Shown piece by piece: positions 1-10,994 of a stretch of 64,000 nucleotides of DNA (its first letter is position 1; each line of letters starts with the position of its first letter). Position numbers and translations under genes: made by a program. The DNA is from Cyanophora paradoxa CCMP329 (Eukaryota; Plantae; Glaucophyta), in contig QPMI01000674.1 in assembly GCA_004431415.1 (NCBI GenBank), forward strand, positions 11,327 through 75,326, written 5' to 3'. The notes beneath the pieces are model-generated. The model saw only the letters and a list, made by a program, of their open reading frames with translations. It did not search any database and was not told the DNA's origin.

Positions 1-1545
1 GCCTCTCAAGGTCGTTTTAAGTCTTTCTGGCGGGGGTGCAAGGGGCATTATCATAACCAGGCTGCTAAAAGAAATCGAAAATCGAACTGGCAGAGATAAT
101 CGATCTTGTGGATCTTGTGAGTGGAACTTCCACTGGTGGGATCATTGCAATAGGTTTGAATATAGGCATCCTGATAACCAGGTGAACCTAAACTGACAGC
201 AAACGATTTACACAATATTTACCTAACTCAACTGCCTTGATTTTCGCAAATCCTCGAAATATCATCGAAAATGCCCTTTTAATACAAAGTATGATGTGGG
301 ACCCTTGGAGACTGCAATCAATTCAGTTACTGGTGAATCACTAATACAGGATTCCCTAAAGGACATTGTGATTACATCCTTTGATACTCAGAATATGAAA
401 CCAATATTTATCACAAATGACAACAATTACAACTTTATGCCTGTAAGATTGCTGCTAGGGCTACTTCTGCTGCTCCTACATATTTTCTCCTGTAAGCATT
501 GTTGATTTCAATCGGGGAGTATATGTCTGTCTCATTGATGGTGCCATTTCGGGAAACAATAATCCCAGTGTGTGTGGTTACAGCCATGCAAAGAAGATTT
601 ACAGTGATGATGATGATATATAGTAATAAGTATCTCTTGTGGAGAGGTGGACCCACATTTAGAGTCTGATTATGTGGGTTATGCTTATGAGACTGTGAAC
701 AGCTGGGGAATTCTCTCATGGATTGCCTCAACAGATGGAAGCCCATTGATTAACATGCTCATGGCTGCAAGTGAGCTTTCTGCCCTTGATAAGATGGAGG
801 AGTTGTTACCCTACAACTATGATCAAGATTATGGTAGATACTATAGGCTATCGGTCCCTCTTCCAAACCATATAGTTAGCTCCCTTGATGACACTTCTAA
901 AATCCCAGATATGCTTTCTTTCACAGAAACCTACATTGCAGCAAACAATGATATGATCAATAAGCTTTGCAGCCTACTAGTAGCAAACTATGAACTAAAG
1001 AACCCTTCAAAGGCTTACATTTCATCCACTCTCACTACATCACCACCTTTGGATGCTAATTGGTATCAGCTTGCAGATGATGCCTTCACTGCCTCATCCT
1101 CTGTGACTGGTAAAGAGCCTTTCATGGCTAGACCTTCAGCATTTGGCTGGGAAGCTGGAGCCTATGCTCCTGAGCAGATATGGGAAACCCCCACTGAATA
1201 CCTTCAAGTTGCTTTTCCATATACTTTTGAACTCTCCTCTGTGATTGCCTATGGATCAGGGGACACCAATGCTTTTATTAAGACTTTCAATGTGGCAACA
1301 TCCACTGATGGGATCAACTGGTCTTTTATTCGATCAGATGGGCAAAACAAAATATATGTCTGTGAGAACATTAACAATGCTCACAACTCTGGTGATGTGG
1401 CTCTATTGAGTGGGTTCCCTCTCAGCATCAAGGATGCTTTTTACATAGGTTTTCTCTGAGAATAAGATATATTCGCATTTATCCCCTTGTGTATGTGAAT
1501 GCTCCCACAATGAGAGTTGACTTTACAGGTGCCTTTATTCGATAA
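1..1545 (+). CDS. Patatin-like phospholipase with C-terminal F5/8-type C (discoidin) domain; frameshifted, start just before window
   Basis: Frames give VVLSLSGGGARG, SGTSTGG, ATSAAPTYF and IDGA, then EYLQVAF...FIKTFNVATSTDGINW...IRIYP...MRVDFTG. Collinear with intact ORF 29193-30686. Confidence 0.85.
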
Positions 1546-2461
1546 ACTCCAACTGAAAAGAATTATCGATTCCATTCATATCAATCAGTTCACCAAAGTA
1601 ATCTTTAAACTCCACAGTGAGTTCCCTTATCACCAGGTTTCTGTCATTGATTTGAATAAATTCTGCATGTTCACCACTATGGTAAACATAGCCCCCTATA
1701 TCTTTACTCAATTGCAATCTAAGGATAGCTCCCTGGTTTTGTGGTTGCGATTTTGGAATTATATTGTGTCTGCTGGCAAAGGGGACAGCTCTTTAATATG
1801 CATGTACAGATACTGCTCAGCATTCATATCAGACATCTTCCTGCTGTCAAAATAATATTGCAAGGGCTTAGAGGAGAGTCTGGGTCCTGAGAAGGTGATT
1901 CCCATGCTGGGTGATCAGGTGTAATAGGTTTGCCATCATACTTTAAAAGGTTCTCAGGTCGATAGGGAGATCCACCAACAGGAGGAGTGCTATAATACCC
2001 AGTGGTGTATTCAGTAGAACTACACCCAAAAGCTTCCTATTCTCTGGTTGCTTGCAATAAAACGAAACTCATGGTTACTGTAAAACTCCACTTTATAGGT
2101 AGTTGGGTTATAGAATATCTTGAACTCAAAAGCTACTGTTTTGCCTGCAATGTTTGGAAGCTTGAATAGTTCAGCCCATAATTATAAGGGTGTGTTACCC
2201 CAAAATGACCCTGATTGATGTAGCCACTGGGAAGGGGATACACTTGTTGTGTGATCACTTGGTTATATGAACCATCTTGGTAATTAAACTGAACTGTTAG
2301 ATGATCAGTTCCCACACTGTTATAGATCTGTTTGGAATCTCTGCATATAGAACCCTGCATTCCCTTGGTCTCTCTACTGGAGTTGTGAGGGTGACCCTGT
2401 AAGAGTTTTCATTTTGTCCTTGGCTTCTATCCCTGCTATCAATATTAACGAGCCGGTTCAT
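1535..2461 (-). CDS. Minor capsid/penton-like protein 1 of element A (frameshifted)
   Basis: From ATG 2461: MNRLVNIDSRDRS...CRVLYAEIPN; C-terminus LTVEFKDYFGELIDMNGIDNSFQLEF. Homologous to 28341-29186. Confidence 0.65.
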
Positions 2462-2490
2462 TTTAATATATAAATATAGATAAAAGAAGA

Positions 2491-3501
2491 ATGCCTGTGG
2501 ATTACATCGAGGTTAGCTCATTTAATACAATCTCTGGTGATGGTCCCACATCAAGCTTTGTGGCTAGACTCCCCAGTAGTTATGAGAATGTGAGGGCTGT
2601 GAGACTGGTCTCAGCCGAATTTTATAACAGTATCCCTATGGTGAGTGGTGAAACCAAAGCAGGAGATGTGACAGTTGACAATGCATTTAGCATTTATTAT
2701 TCTGAACAAACTCCTGGAGCTGGAAGCTCAGGAATTCCAACAGTTCGCCCAGCTGCTGACTATGAACAATGGAAACAATTCATTATAAGTCGAAACACCC
2801 CCATCCAAAGCCACCAGCAACTGGTGAATGTAATTAACTCTAAATTCGAAGGCAGAAATCCCCAACCATCCATTCGCTGCAAATGGGATGAATCACTGAA
2901 ACGAATTATATTCCACTCAGCAGTACCATTTTACTTGGCTTTCTCAGTAGCTGTGAACCCAAGCCAACAAACAATCCAAAAGCTGTTGAGTTCAGCTAGA
3001 CTGCTGGGTCTTGATCCTGGAAGATATGGTAACTCCCCAATCCAATCACAGGTCTATGATGCTCTCACTGATGGAATCTTTACTGGTGGTCGCGTGAATG
3101 GCATTATATCTTCTTTTGAGCCTGAGAAGACCAGGGACAGTGTTTTGTTTGTGAGAGTAAAGGAGCTGGGTGATCTGGTGCAATGTGGGGATGGTCTTCT
3201 GACTGGTTACTTTCACAAAATAGTGGTCCCTGATAAAGACTATGGTGAGCATGTTGTTTACAATTCAACAGAAGCTCACCCACTTTACAAATACTATAAT
3301 AAAAAGGTTGGATTATCCACTTTCTCGGTTGATATTGTAAATGCTATTAATGAACCAATTGATTTTGAGGGTCAACCTGTTCATCTTACCTTTGAAATTC
3401 GCTATGGTGATGAGCCAGCTGGGGACCCAGTTTATGAATACTTCAAGATGCGAATGTCACAGCTTCACCCTTCCTATCCAGTTATTACAAACTTCGCATA
3501 A
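2491..3501 (+). CDS. Minor capsid/penton-like protein 2 of element A
   Basis: FVARLPSSYENVRAVRLVSAEF...FSVDIVNAINEPIDFEGQPVHLTFEI, the pattern of PLV/NCLDV single jelly-roll proteins. Homologous to 27398-28324. Confidence 0.7.
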   Translation: MPVDYIEVSSFNTISGDGPTSSFVARLPSSYENVRAVRLVSAEFYNSIPMVSGETKAGDVTVDNAFSIYYSEQTPGAGSSGIPTVRPAADYEQWKQFIISRNTPIQSHQQLVNVINSKFEGRNPQPSIRCKWDESLKRIIFHSAVPFYLAFSVAVNPSQQTIQKLLSSARLLGLDPGRYGNSPIQSQVYDALTDGIFTGGRVNGIISSFEPEKTRDSVLFVRVKELGDLVQCGDGLLTGYFHKIVVPDKDYGEHVVYNSTEAHPLYKYYNKKVGLSTFSVDIVNAINEPIDFEGQPVHLTFEIRYGDEPAGDPVYEYFKMRMSQLHPSYPVITNFA

Positions 3502-3554
3502 ATTAAGGATCATTGGTAGATTTTTTATGTTGCAGTATAATAAAAGAGAATATA

Positions 3555-4920
3555 ATGGATATCACTTCCACTCTTCAAAGACTTTCGCTGAAAGAAGCCC
3601 TAACAACCCCAGAAGAGGCGAAAGCCTTTTTCCTGGATAACTCCCTTATGCTTGGTCTCGAATCCAAATCTAAGCCAGTTCTAGTTGTTGTGAATCCCAG
3701 CAATACTTTTGAGAATAATGTTGGAAATCGCATTTCCTTCAAGCTACCTCGCTACAATTTCTGTGGAAAACTCGAACTTGCTTTCGACCTTCCAGCCATC
3801 ACGTTTGCTGGTGATACTGACCTAGTTCGCAATGGATACACTCGCCCAGTTGGTGCTTTAGTTCAGCGACTTGAAATTACCTATGGATCTTACACCTACC
3901 ATATTCCATCTGATTTCCTTGCTCATTTCCCCTGGTCTATTATTCGGAGGATCAACTAGCTAAAAAGAAGCGATCAATGGGCATGGTTCATGGCATCCCT
4001 GCTCATGGAACCAACCGCCTTGGTGGCTCATTCTTTGTTGAAATCCCTGTGCCTTGGCTAAATCACTACCTTCCCCTTGGTGCTTTATCTGGTGAAATGG
4101 TTGTTACTGTTTGGTTTAAGGATGCTGGAAAGGGTTATGTTGAAACTTCCTATGGTGGTCGCTCTCTCCCTGTTGTTGGTGGGACAGTTGCTGATAAGAC
4201 AGAAGATGATGGTCTTGGTGATACTGCTAATGCCACACTTGCCCATGTTGGTCAAAATATCACAACTTTCAGTCTTGGTGCAACAACTCCTGTTATTTCT
4301 ATTACTTCTCCTCGCCTTTACATGCATGCTATTAATGTTTCTGATGAGCTTTTCGCTACTGTCATTGAAAAGGTTAAGACAACTGGCATGGCTATTCCCT
4401 CCCTTGATATTGGATTTGTAGATGCTAGTGCTTTCCCTGCCAAGGGCAATGCCCAACCCAATCGAATTAACCTCTCTCAAATCTCAGGTCTTGTATATGC
4501 TCTGCTTGTTTCAGTTCGTGATCATGAAACTGTTGACAAATCCAATGGCTCCCACAGTGTTCTTAAGACCTATGCCAACTCCAAAGACATAACATTTACA
4601 ACTGAAATAAATGGTCAGCGACTTTTTGCCACTGAGCCAATTTCCCTACTCAAAGGTGCTGAGCTAATTGCTGATGCCTTCAAATGCTCTAACATGGATA
4701 AGGTTGCTGATCGCTATGTCCTTCAGGACTCCATTCTGCTTGATGGAGAAAAGGCAATTCGAAATATTGCCCAGTCTGGTTATGTTGATTTAACAAATTC
4801 CTCTCTTCCTTCCTCACCCTCTACATGCCCTCAGATAAGGTAATCGATGTTAATGTTCGCGCTCTCATGCATAGCTTTATTATTGTCGACAAAGATGGTT
4901 TACGCAGAATTAATTTATAG
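3555..4920 (+). CDS. Major capsid protein (double jelly-roll-like) of element A; two frameshifts
   Basis: GNRISFKLPRY...LVQRLEITYG...FVEIPVPW...LPLGAL; C-terminus ALMHSFIIVDKDGLRRINL. Collinear with the intact MCP at 26037-27350 and adjacent to the ATPase. Confidence 0.75.
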
Positions 4921-4985
4921 ATTGTTACGATTTTCAGTCTCCCTGCATTATTTTTATATGTCTTTATTAAGAAAGATATACAACA

Positions 4986-5764
4986 ATGACTGATTTGGAT
5001 GAATTTGTGGCTGGTGAAATGATAGAACCACCATTTCGAGTCCTAGCAATTGGGAAATCAGCAACTGGTAAATCAGAAGCTGTAAAATATTGGTTGAAGC
5101 AGTTGCATGATGCCAAAAAGATTGATGTTGTATTAGTTGTGAGTGGAACCAGCTTCAATCATTTCTGGGATAAAGTTGCAACATTGCAACTGGGAAAATG
5201 GGATGCCCCTTACATTGCTAAATTGCTAGATGAAAGGCAAGAGAAAATAGAAAAGGTGAACCTGTTAACCAGTTATGTGTGGTTCTAGATGATTTAATCG
5301 ATAATGAGATTGTAGACTAACTCGTGATAAAATTATGGCTCTCTGTATTCCAGAGGTCGCCATTCGAAAATATCCATTATCTGCATCACACAAAAGCTAA
5401 GGAAAGTCTCTTCGACTATTCGAGTTAATTCGGACTATGCTATGTTTTTAAGTGCTGCAAATCGCAAAGAACTGGAAGCCATAGAGGAAGAATACAATAT
5501 AATGCGAAATAAAGAGGATTTTACAAGATGTTTGAAGAGTATGTTCACTCCTATCAGTATATTATTTGGTCCTCTGCAAACTACTCAGTTAAATACTATG
5601 TAGATAAAGCTGAGCTTGTGAAAGATTTCCCATTTCCTCGCTTCCACAGAAAGCCAAAAAAGAAAGAAGATGAACTGAAACCACCAGAGAAAGAGGAAGC
5701 CCCCAAAGAAGTGAAAAGCCAAGTCCATAGCAATAAATTGATGCGATATAAACGCGGTTTATAA
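4986..5764 (+). CDS. A32-like (FtsK/HerA) genome packaging ATPase of element A; frameshifted
   Basis: Walker A GKSATGKS, Walker B VVLDD, and SRGRHSKISIICITQ...STIRVNSDY in shifted frames. Confidence 0.85.
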
Positions 5765-5792
5765 AATTATCTCTCATTCTAATAAAGATACA

Positions 5793-6527
5793 ATGCCTCC
5801 CAAACGAAAGATAGGGATCCCAGCTGGGGCTGTTGGCTATTCAGGTGGTGGAAACAATGGATCCATTAACACAGACCCACTGAAATTCAATGGTATGAAT
5901 GAAGTGAAGCCCTCTCAACAACAAGAAGACCCCCTCAATGCTGCCTATGAGGAATCATTTGATGACAAAGCCCCACAGGCTTCAACCAGTGACCAACTCA
6001 ACATTTCACCTGAAGCCTCAAAGATGAAGGCTGTTGCTGAGGGAGCCAGGCGAATTATTGGTGCTGCTGATGATAAAGGTTTAGGCTTGCAAGATCTATC
6101 ACTGGCTCGCAAAGGTGAGGGTCTTAGTAAGGAATCAGACAAGGTAATTCAGTCTATGGCTGGTGAAGTCACATACAAGACTGCTCCCACTCAAAATATT
6201 CATCGAATTCCCAAGGCTCAATGGGATGAGATGACTGCTAAACTCAAAGATCTGGAAGCCAAATCAAGTGCCTTGGAGCAGTATGTTACTGAGAAGAAAG
6301 AGAGAGCCAAGCTAAAGGAGATGCTTCGAAAGGAAGTTTATAAAATGGGCATTACTGGTGTCCCAGATAAACAGTTTATTGCTAAGAAAGAGACCCAAAT
6401 CGATGAGCAGGCAGTAGATGAAATGAAAACAAAGACCCAGAAGGGAACCATTGAACCTGGTGCCACTAAAGCTGAAGTAGAAAAGGGAGTAGCTCCCACA
6501 GTATATAAAAGACGAGTTTGGCTTTAA
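5793..6527 (+). CDS. Hypothetical charged/coiled-coil protein conserved in both PLVs
   Basis: KLKDLEAKSSALEQYVTEKKERAKLKEMLRKEVYKMG aligns with KVRDLEMKVSNYEKWMQDYNERKKLKGLVKKEISKLG of 24434-25117. Confidence 0.75.
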   Translation: MPPKRKIGIPAGAVGYSGGGNNGSINTDPLKFNGMNEVKPSQQQEDPLNAAYEESFDDKAPQASTSDQLNISPEASKMKAVAEGARRIIGAADDKGLGLQDLSLARKGEGLSKESDKVIQSMAGEVTYKTAPTQNIHRIPKAQWDEMTAKLKDLEAKSSALEQYVTEKKERAKLKEMLRKEVYKMGITGVPDKQFIAKKETQIDEQAVDEMKTKTQKGTIEPGATKAEVEKGVAPTVYKRRVWL

Positions 6528-6549
6528 TTATCTCTGTTTTATTAGAGAC

Positions 6550-6822
6550 ATGGATATAATACGAAAGTTTTTCGAGATGTTCAGTCTGCATGTGGTGAGC
6601 AATTGCCACAGTGGATGCTGTGAGACAAGAGTGGAGTTTGAGATGTCAGATACTGAGGATAATGCCTCAGAAGCAAGAGAGAGAAGGAGGTCTACGATTT
6701 CTGTGGAGTCAATGCCAGCAGACCCCACAGAGTATACATATGAGCAACAGGAGTATCCAAGGAGAAGTTCTTTACCAGGCGAAAACGTTTTCTCAGCAAA
6801 TATTAATGGAGGATACAATTAG
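6550..6822 (+). CDS. Small protein with conserved EMFxLHxxSxCHxxCC motif
   Basis: N-terminus matches ORF 23816-24229 at the syntenic position. Confidence 0.75.
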   Translation: MDIIRKFFEMFSLHVVSNCHSGCCETRVEFEMSDTEDNASEARERRRSTISVESMPADPTEYTYEQQEYPRRSSLPGENVFSANINGGYN

Positions 6823-7051
6823 TTTGATCGAGTTTACTAGTGATGAGCCTTTAACTGAGGGTGCTATTAGACACATTCTAGCAAAGCAGAAACGATATAG
6901 AGAGGACCCAGCATATAGAGAGTATAAGAAACAACAAGCCCTGGCATCCTATTATCGCAGAAAAGCCCAAAAAGAGGAGCAGAGACCCAGAGGGAGACCG
7001 ATTAAATATTATTTGCCTACTGATAGTAGCAATGGACCCACAGGTCTATAA
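6806..7051 (+). CDS. Small basic AT-hook-like protein (paralogue of 7204-7530)
   Basis: KQKRYREDPAYREYKKQQALASYYRRK...RPRGRPIKY; likely start at ATG 6806. Confidence 0.6.
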   Translation: MEDTISLIEFTSDEPLTEGAIRHILAKQKRYREDPAYREYKKQQALASYYRRKAQKEEQRPRGRPIKYYLPTDSSNGPTGL

Positions 7052-7203
7052 GATACTTGAGAAAAAGCGGTCTCAGTATGCTACTGAGGCAGCTATTAAA
7101 GTTTACAGACAGGAACTGGTGTTCGCAACAAAAAATGACTTAAAGAAAAAGTAGATAGGTTGTATTGAGGAAAAATTATTTTCGTATCTACTATTAAAGA
7201 GAA

Positions 7204-7530
7204 ATGCCGAATATCCGCAAGATACTCACAGATGATGAAAAAGCAGAGAAGCTGAGACTGAAAAGGGAGCAAGATGCCCAAAGAAAACGCGAAGCCTATC
7301 ATAAAAAGAAGGAGGAACGATTATCCCAAGGAGCCGCTACAGTTCACACACCAGAAGAACTCAAAAAGATTGCCCTCAGACACCAGAGGAAATACAGGGA
7401 AAATGAAGAATATCGCGAACAGAAAAAGGCGAAAGCGCTGGAATACTACCACAAGAAAAAAGACGAACTACCCAAGACAACCAAAGAGCATAAACCGGTT
7501 GGAAGACCTCGGAAATATATCGAAGAATAA
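7204..7530 (+). CDS. Basic helical DNA-binding protein with AT-hook (GRPRK)
   Basis: EKAEKLRLKRE...GRPRKY; highly similar to 23278-23691. Confidence 0.8.
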   Translation: MPNIRKILTDDEKAEKLRLKREQDAQRKREAYHKKKEERLSQGAATVHTPEELKKIALRHQRKYRENEEYREQKKAKALEYYHKKKDELPKTTKEHKPVGRPRKYIEE

Positions 7531-7574
7531 ATTCTCGATCGAAACAAATTTTGTAGAAATCGATTTGATCGGAG

Positions 7575-7747
7575 GCAAAAAAATGACAGCTTTCTTCCCT
7601 CTTTTTTAAAACTGTACCTATATATCGAGACAGTATCCCGACCCAAAACTACTTAAGGACTTGGCAAATAATAGGATATATATAAAAGACAATTCCTCCT
7701 TCCGAAATTATTTTCTTCGTTAAAGGTAGAAGTCCCCAAAATCGAAA
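7575..7747 (+). promoter_or_regulatory. Conserved promoter-like block upstream of the replication module
   Basis: AAAAAATGA, ACTTAAGGA and CCGAAATTATTTTCTTCG (7702-7719) recur in the same order on the minus strand at 23132-23260. Confidence 0.6.
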
Positions 7748-10341
7748 ATGAACAAAATCGAGAAATTCGCCACCCCTGTTGAAAATGCTACATTCCTTAG
7801 TACTCTCATTGGTGATCGCAACAAGGTCACCCATGTATTTGATTCTGCCGAAGATGCCCTTGAAGCCATTGATAATAGCAAGGTTAAGACCTGGGCTGAA
7901 TGCATTCAACCTGAGCAAGTGACCAGAGTTTACCTGGACCTGGATAAATTCGCTGATTTGAAGGAGAACATTGCTGATAACTATGCTGAGGCGGAAACTG
8001 TTGTAAGAGAGATGAGAGATAAGCTATGGAAGCGATCTGGTACCACTTCTATTAACGATATTGCTGTTGCAGTTCGCCATAGAAGGGTTTATTTGATTAA
8101 GGAGGATGTCACCAAGTTCAAGATTTCAGCCCACTTTATTATTAAATCGCTTGCATGCAAACATGAAGATATCCCAAGCTTTTCAAAGCGATGGGATTGG
8201 TGAAAAATGAGGATTATGACAGTGGAGTTTACAGCTCCACACAGAACCTAATCTGCCTCAATTGCTGCAAAGGTGAGACTCTGGATGCTCAAAATAAGTC
8301 GAAAAAAGATGTTGATAAAAACGTTTGCTTTAAGAAATTCGTTGACTGTGACAAAGTGTTAATGCGAAATGAGGACTTCTTTGTATCTTACTTCTCAGCT
8401 ACTACTAAACTTGTGGATGAATCAAATATTTCTGCATTTGCAAATTATACTCCTGAGCCAAAACCAGTTAAAAAGGAGCCAAAAAGTGATAAAGTGAAGA
8501 CTGAGAAGGTAGAAGCTGAAAAAGACACTGAACCCGAAAATCCTGTTACTTTCGAACTGCTACAAAGTGTTATAATGGGTCTCAATGCTGAAAGAGCCAG
8601 CGAGTATAAGACTTGGATTGATGTTGGACTGGTCATCATCAATGTTGGGGAAGACAACAAATTTACCCCTAAAATGCAGGCTGAACTCTTCCACCAATTC
8701 TCAGAACAGAGTGACAAGTATGATTATGATGAATGCCAGGAAAAGTTTACACAGCTTCGCAGAAGCAAGAAGAAGGCTGAGCCTGGCAAAGTGTTGACCT
8801 TCAAATCCTTGGTTTATTGGTTGAGCAAAGATAACAATGAGCTTTTCAAGGAACTCTTCCCCAAAAAGTATGCATTCCTACCAGAGGACACAGATGAAAT
8901 CGATTACAAGACTGCAAGTATCCCTCCTTTGGCTGAACATTACAATGTGCATAAGAGGTATTTCAATGCTCGCATGCATCATGTTGAAAATGTTGGTTGT
9001 GTGATGCTCTGGGATGAACAACTACTTTGCTGGATGCCCAAAGACATTGGAAAACTGTCTACAAAGCATTTCCCCCACTTGATGCATAAGGTGATTGTGA
9101 ATGAGGGGACAGATAATGAGAAAGAGAAATGGGAGCAATCATTTAGGAAATGGATTGTGGATCCAACAGCCACAAGATCAACTTACATGGATTTCCTCCC
9201 ACCTCCTGCTACTCTCAGTGCAAAATGCAAGTCTGTATTTAATCTCTATCCAGGAATGAAGGTCGACCATCAGCAATTCGAAAATGCTCCAGAGGATGTA
9301 ACTGCTGAGATGATTAAGCCTTTCCTTGATCACTTGTTCTTAATGTCTGGTGAGGATCAAAATACCTATGAATATCTGTTGAAATGGTTTGCCCACATGC
9401 TGCAAAAGCCTGGGGAACTCAATGGAGTATCCTTAATCTTCATTGGTGAACAGGGAACTGGTAAGAATGTGTTGGTTGATACTTTCCAAAAGAAGATACT
9501 TGGAGATGCCCTGAGTTATGCAACTGGTAAGCCAAAAGAGGATCTGTTTGGTCGATTTGCCCACAATAGAGAGGATAAGATCTTGATTGTTGTGAATGAA
9601 GCCTCAGGCAAGGACACATTCGAAAATAATGATATGCTTAAAGATCTCATTACTTCTGATAAGATTGTTATTGAACACAAAGGGATAGATTCATACACAA
9701 AAAGCAACTTTGCCAGGATTATATTCACCAGCAATAACAACATTCCAGTTAAAATTGAAGCTGGAGATAGGCGATTTGTGGTTGTTGAAGTTAGTAAGAA
9801 ATTCGCAAAGGATAGGTCATACTTCCTTCCACTTGTAAAATGGCTTAATGATCACTGCAATATTCGAAACATTGCCCACTATTTGAGAACCAAAGTTGAA
9901 TGTGAGGATGTGAACTGGATTGCTGATAGACCCCTTACAAATAAATACTATTTAGCCCAGCAGGTGTGCGCTCCAATCATCCTTATGTTCACTAAGTGGC
10001 TTGTGGATCGAGGCTTAATTTCCGAGAATAAATGCAAGTCTGGTAGCCTTGTGGAAACCTGGAAATGGTTCCAGGAGTTCATTACCAGCAATAAATATAA
10101 AAACGATTATAATAGTCGCAGATATTATACAGAAATGCGAAGTGTTACATATATCCAAGTGAAAACTACAAATGGCAAACAATACTATCATTTCCTATTC
10201 CCACAAGTATTTGAGGAATTCAGAAAGATGAAGCTTGTAGATGATGAGACTATTGAGGAAGAAGCTAATCCAAGGATGAAACAGGACCTACCTGCTGCTG
10301 ATCCTGATGCATCAGATTATGATTCTGATGTTGAAGTTTAG
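7748..10341 (+). CDS. AEP primase - PriCT-2 - SF3 (D5-like) helicase; one frameshift near 8180
   Basis: RVYLDLD, KISAHFI and DSGVYS primase motifs; YKTWIDVG...FSEQSDKY (PriCT-2); GEQGTGKN, IVVNE, IFTSNN and DRRF helicase motifs. Confidence 0.88.
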
Positions 10342-10349
10342 GTTTAGCC

Positions 10350-10535
10350 AAAGGTGGACTCACAGTTGACTCAAATTTATCATAAAAGACCCAAACAGTC
10401 TTTTATTTATGGTTTATTTATCGATTAGGTTGACTAAGTGGGGGGAGTTGACTCATTTTTTCACAGATTCTAAAAAAGGACTCTGCCCTAAAAAGAAATA
10501 AAAAGTGCCTCAACTCCACCCACTAAGTCAACCAA
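10350..10535. repeat. Origin-like inverted-repeat block (GTTGACT-based), copy 1
   Basis: Arms GGTTGACTAAGTGGGGGGAGTTGA (from 10428) and TCAACTCCACCCACTAAGTCAACC (10510-10533). Homologous blocks lie at ~16422-16610 and ~16815-17000. Confidence 0.8.
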
Positions 10536-10584
10536 AAAATGATTTAAGAGATAGAAAAATATATTTATATGTAACTAGTAAGAA

Positions 10585-10935
10585 ATGGCTGGAACAGATC
10601 ATGATTCTGGATCGATCTATATGATTGAGAGTCAGGAAATGAACAAAGTCTACATAGGAAGAACCTCACAGCCACTTCAAAAAAGATGGAGACAACACAA
10701 ATCAGGTCAAATGCCATCTACAGCAGACCTATGCAAGGCTTCTGATGTGAAGTTCTCAGTCCTGTATTCAAGTAAGAAGGGTGGGCATGAAGACCTAATG
10801 AACAGAGAAGCATATTACATGTATCTCTTTGAACCTTGGATAGTCAATTTACAAAAACCGAAATCCCGATTTAGGATTAATAGGTTTTTGCGATTCCATT
10901 CAGAGGAAGCCAGTGGATCCATTAAAACATTTTAA
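10585..10935 (+). CDS. GIY-YIG endonuclease
   Basis: GSIYMI...VYIGRT...KRWRQH...REAYY...VN. Confidence 0.85.
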   Translation: MAGTDHDSGSIYMIESQEMNKVYIGRTSQPLQKRWRQHKSGQMPSTADLCKASDVKFSVLYSSKKGGHEDLMNREAYYMYLFEPWIVNLQKPKSRFRINRFLRFHSEEASGSIKTF

Positions 10936-10994
10936 ATTGCGTTTAGAACATCCTAAAATAAAATATCCCTTAGAATAGGAACAAGTTAGGAATA

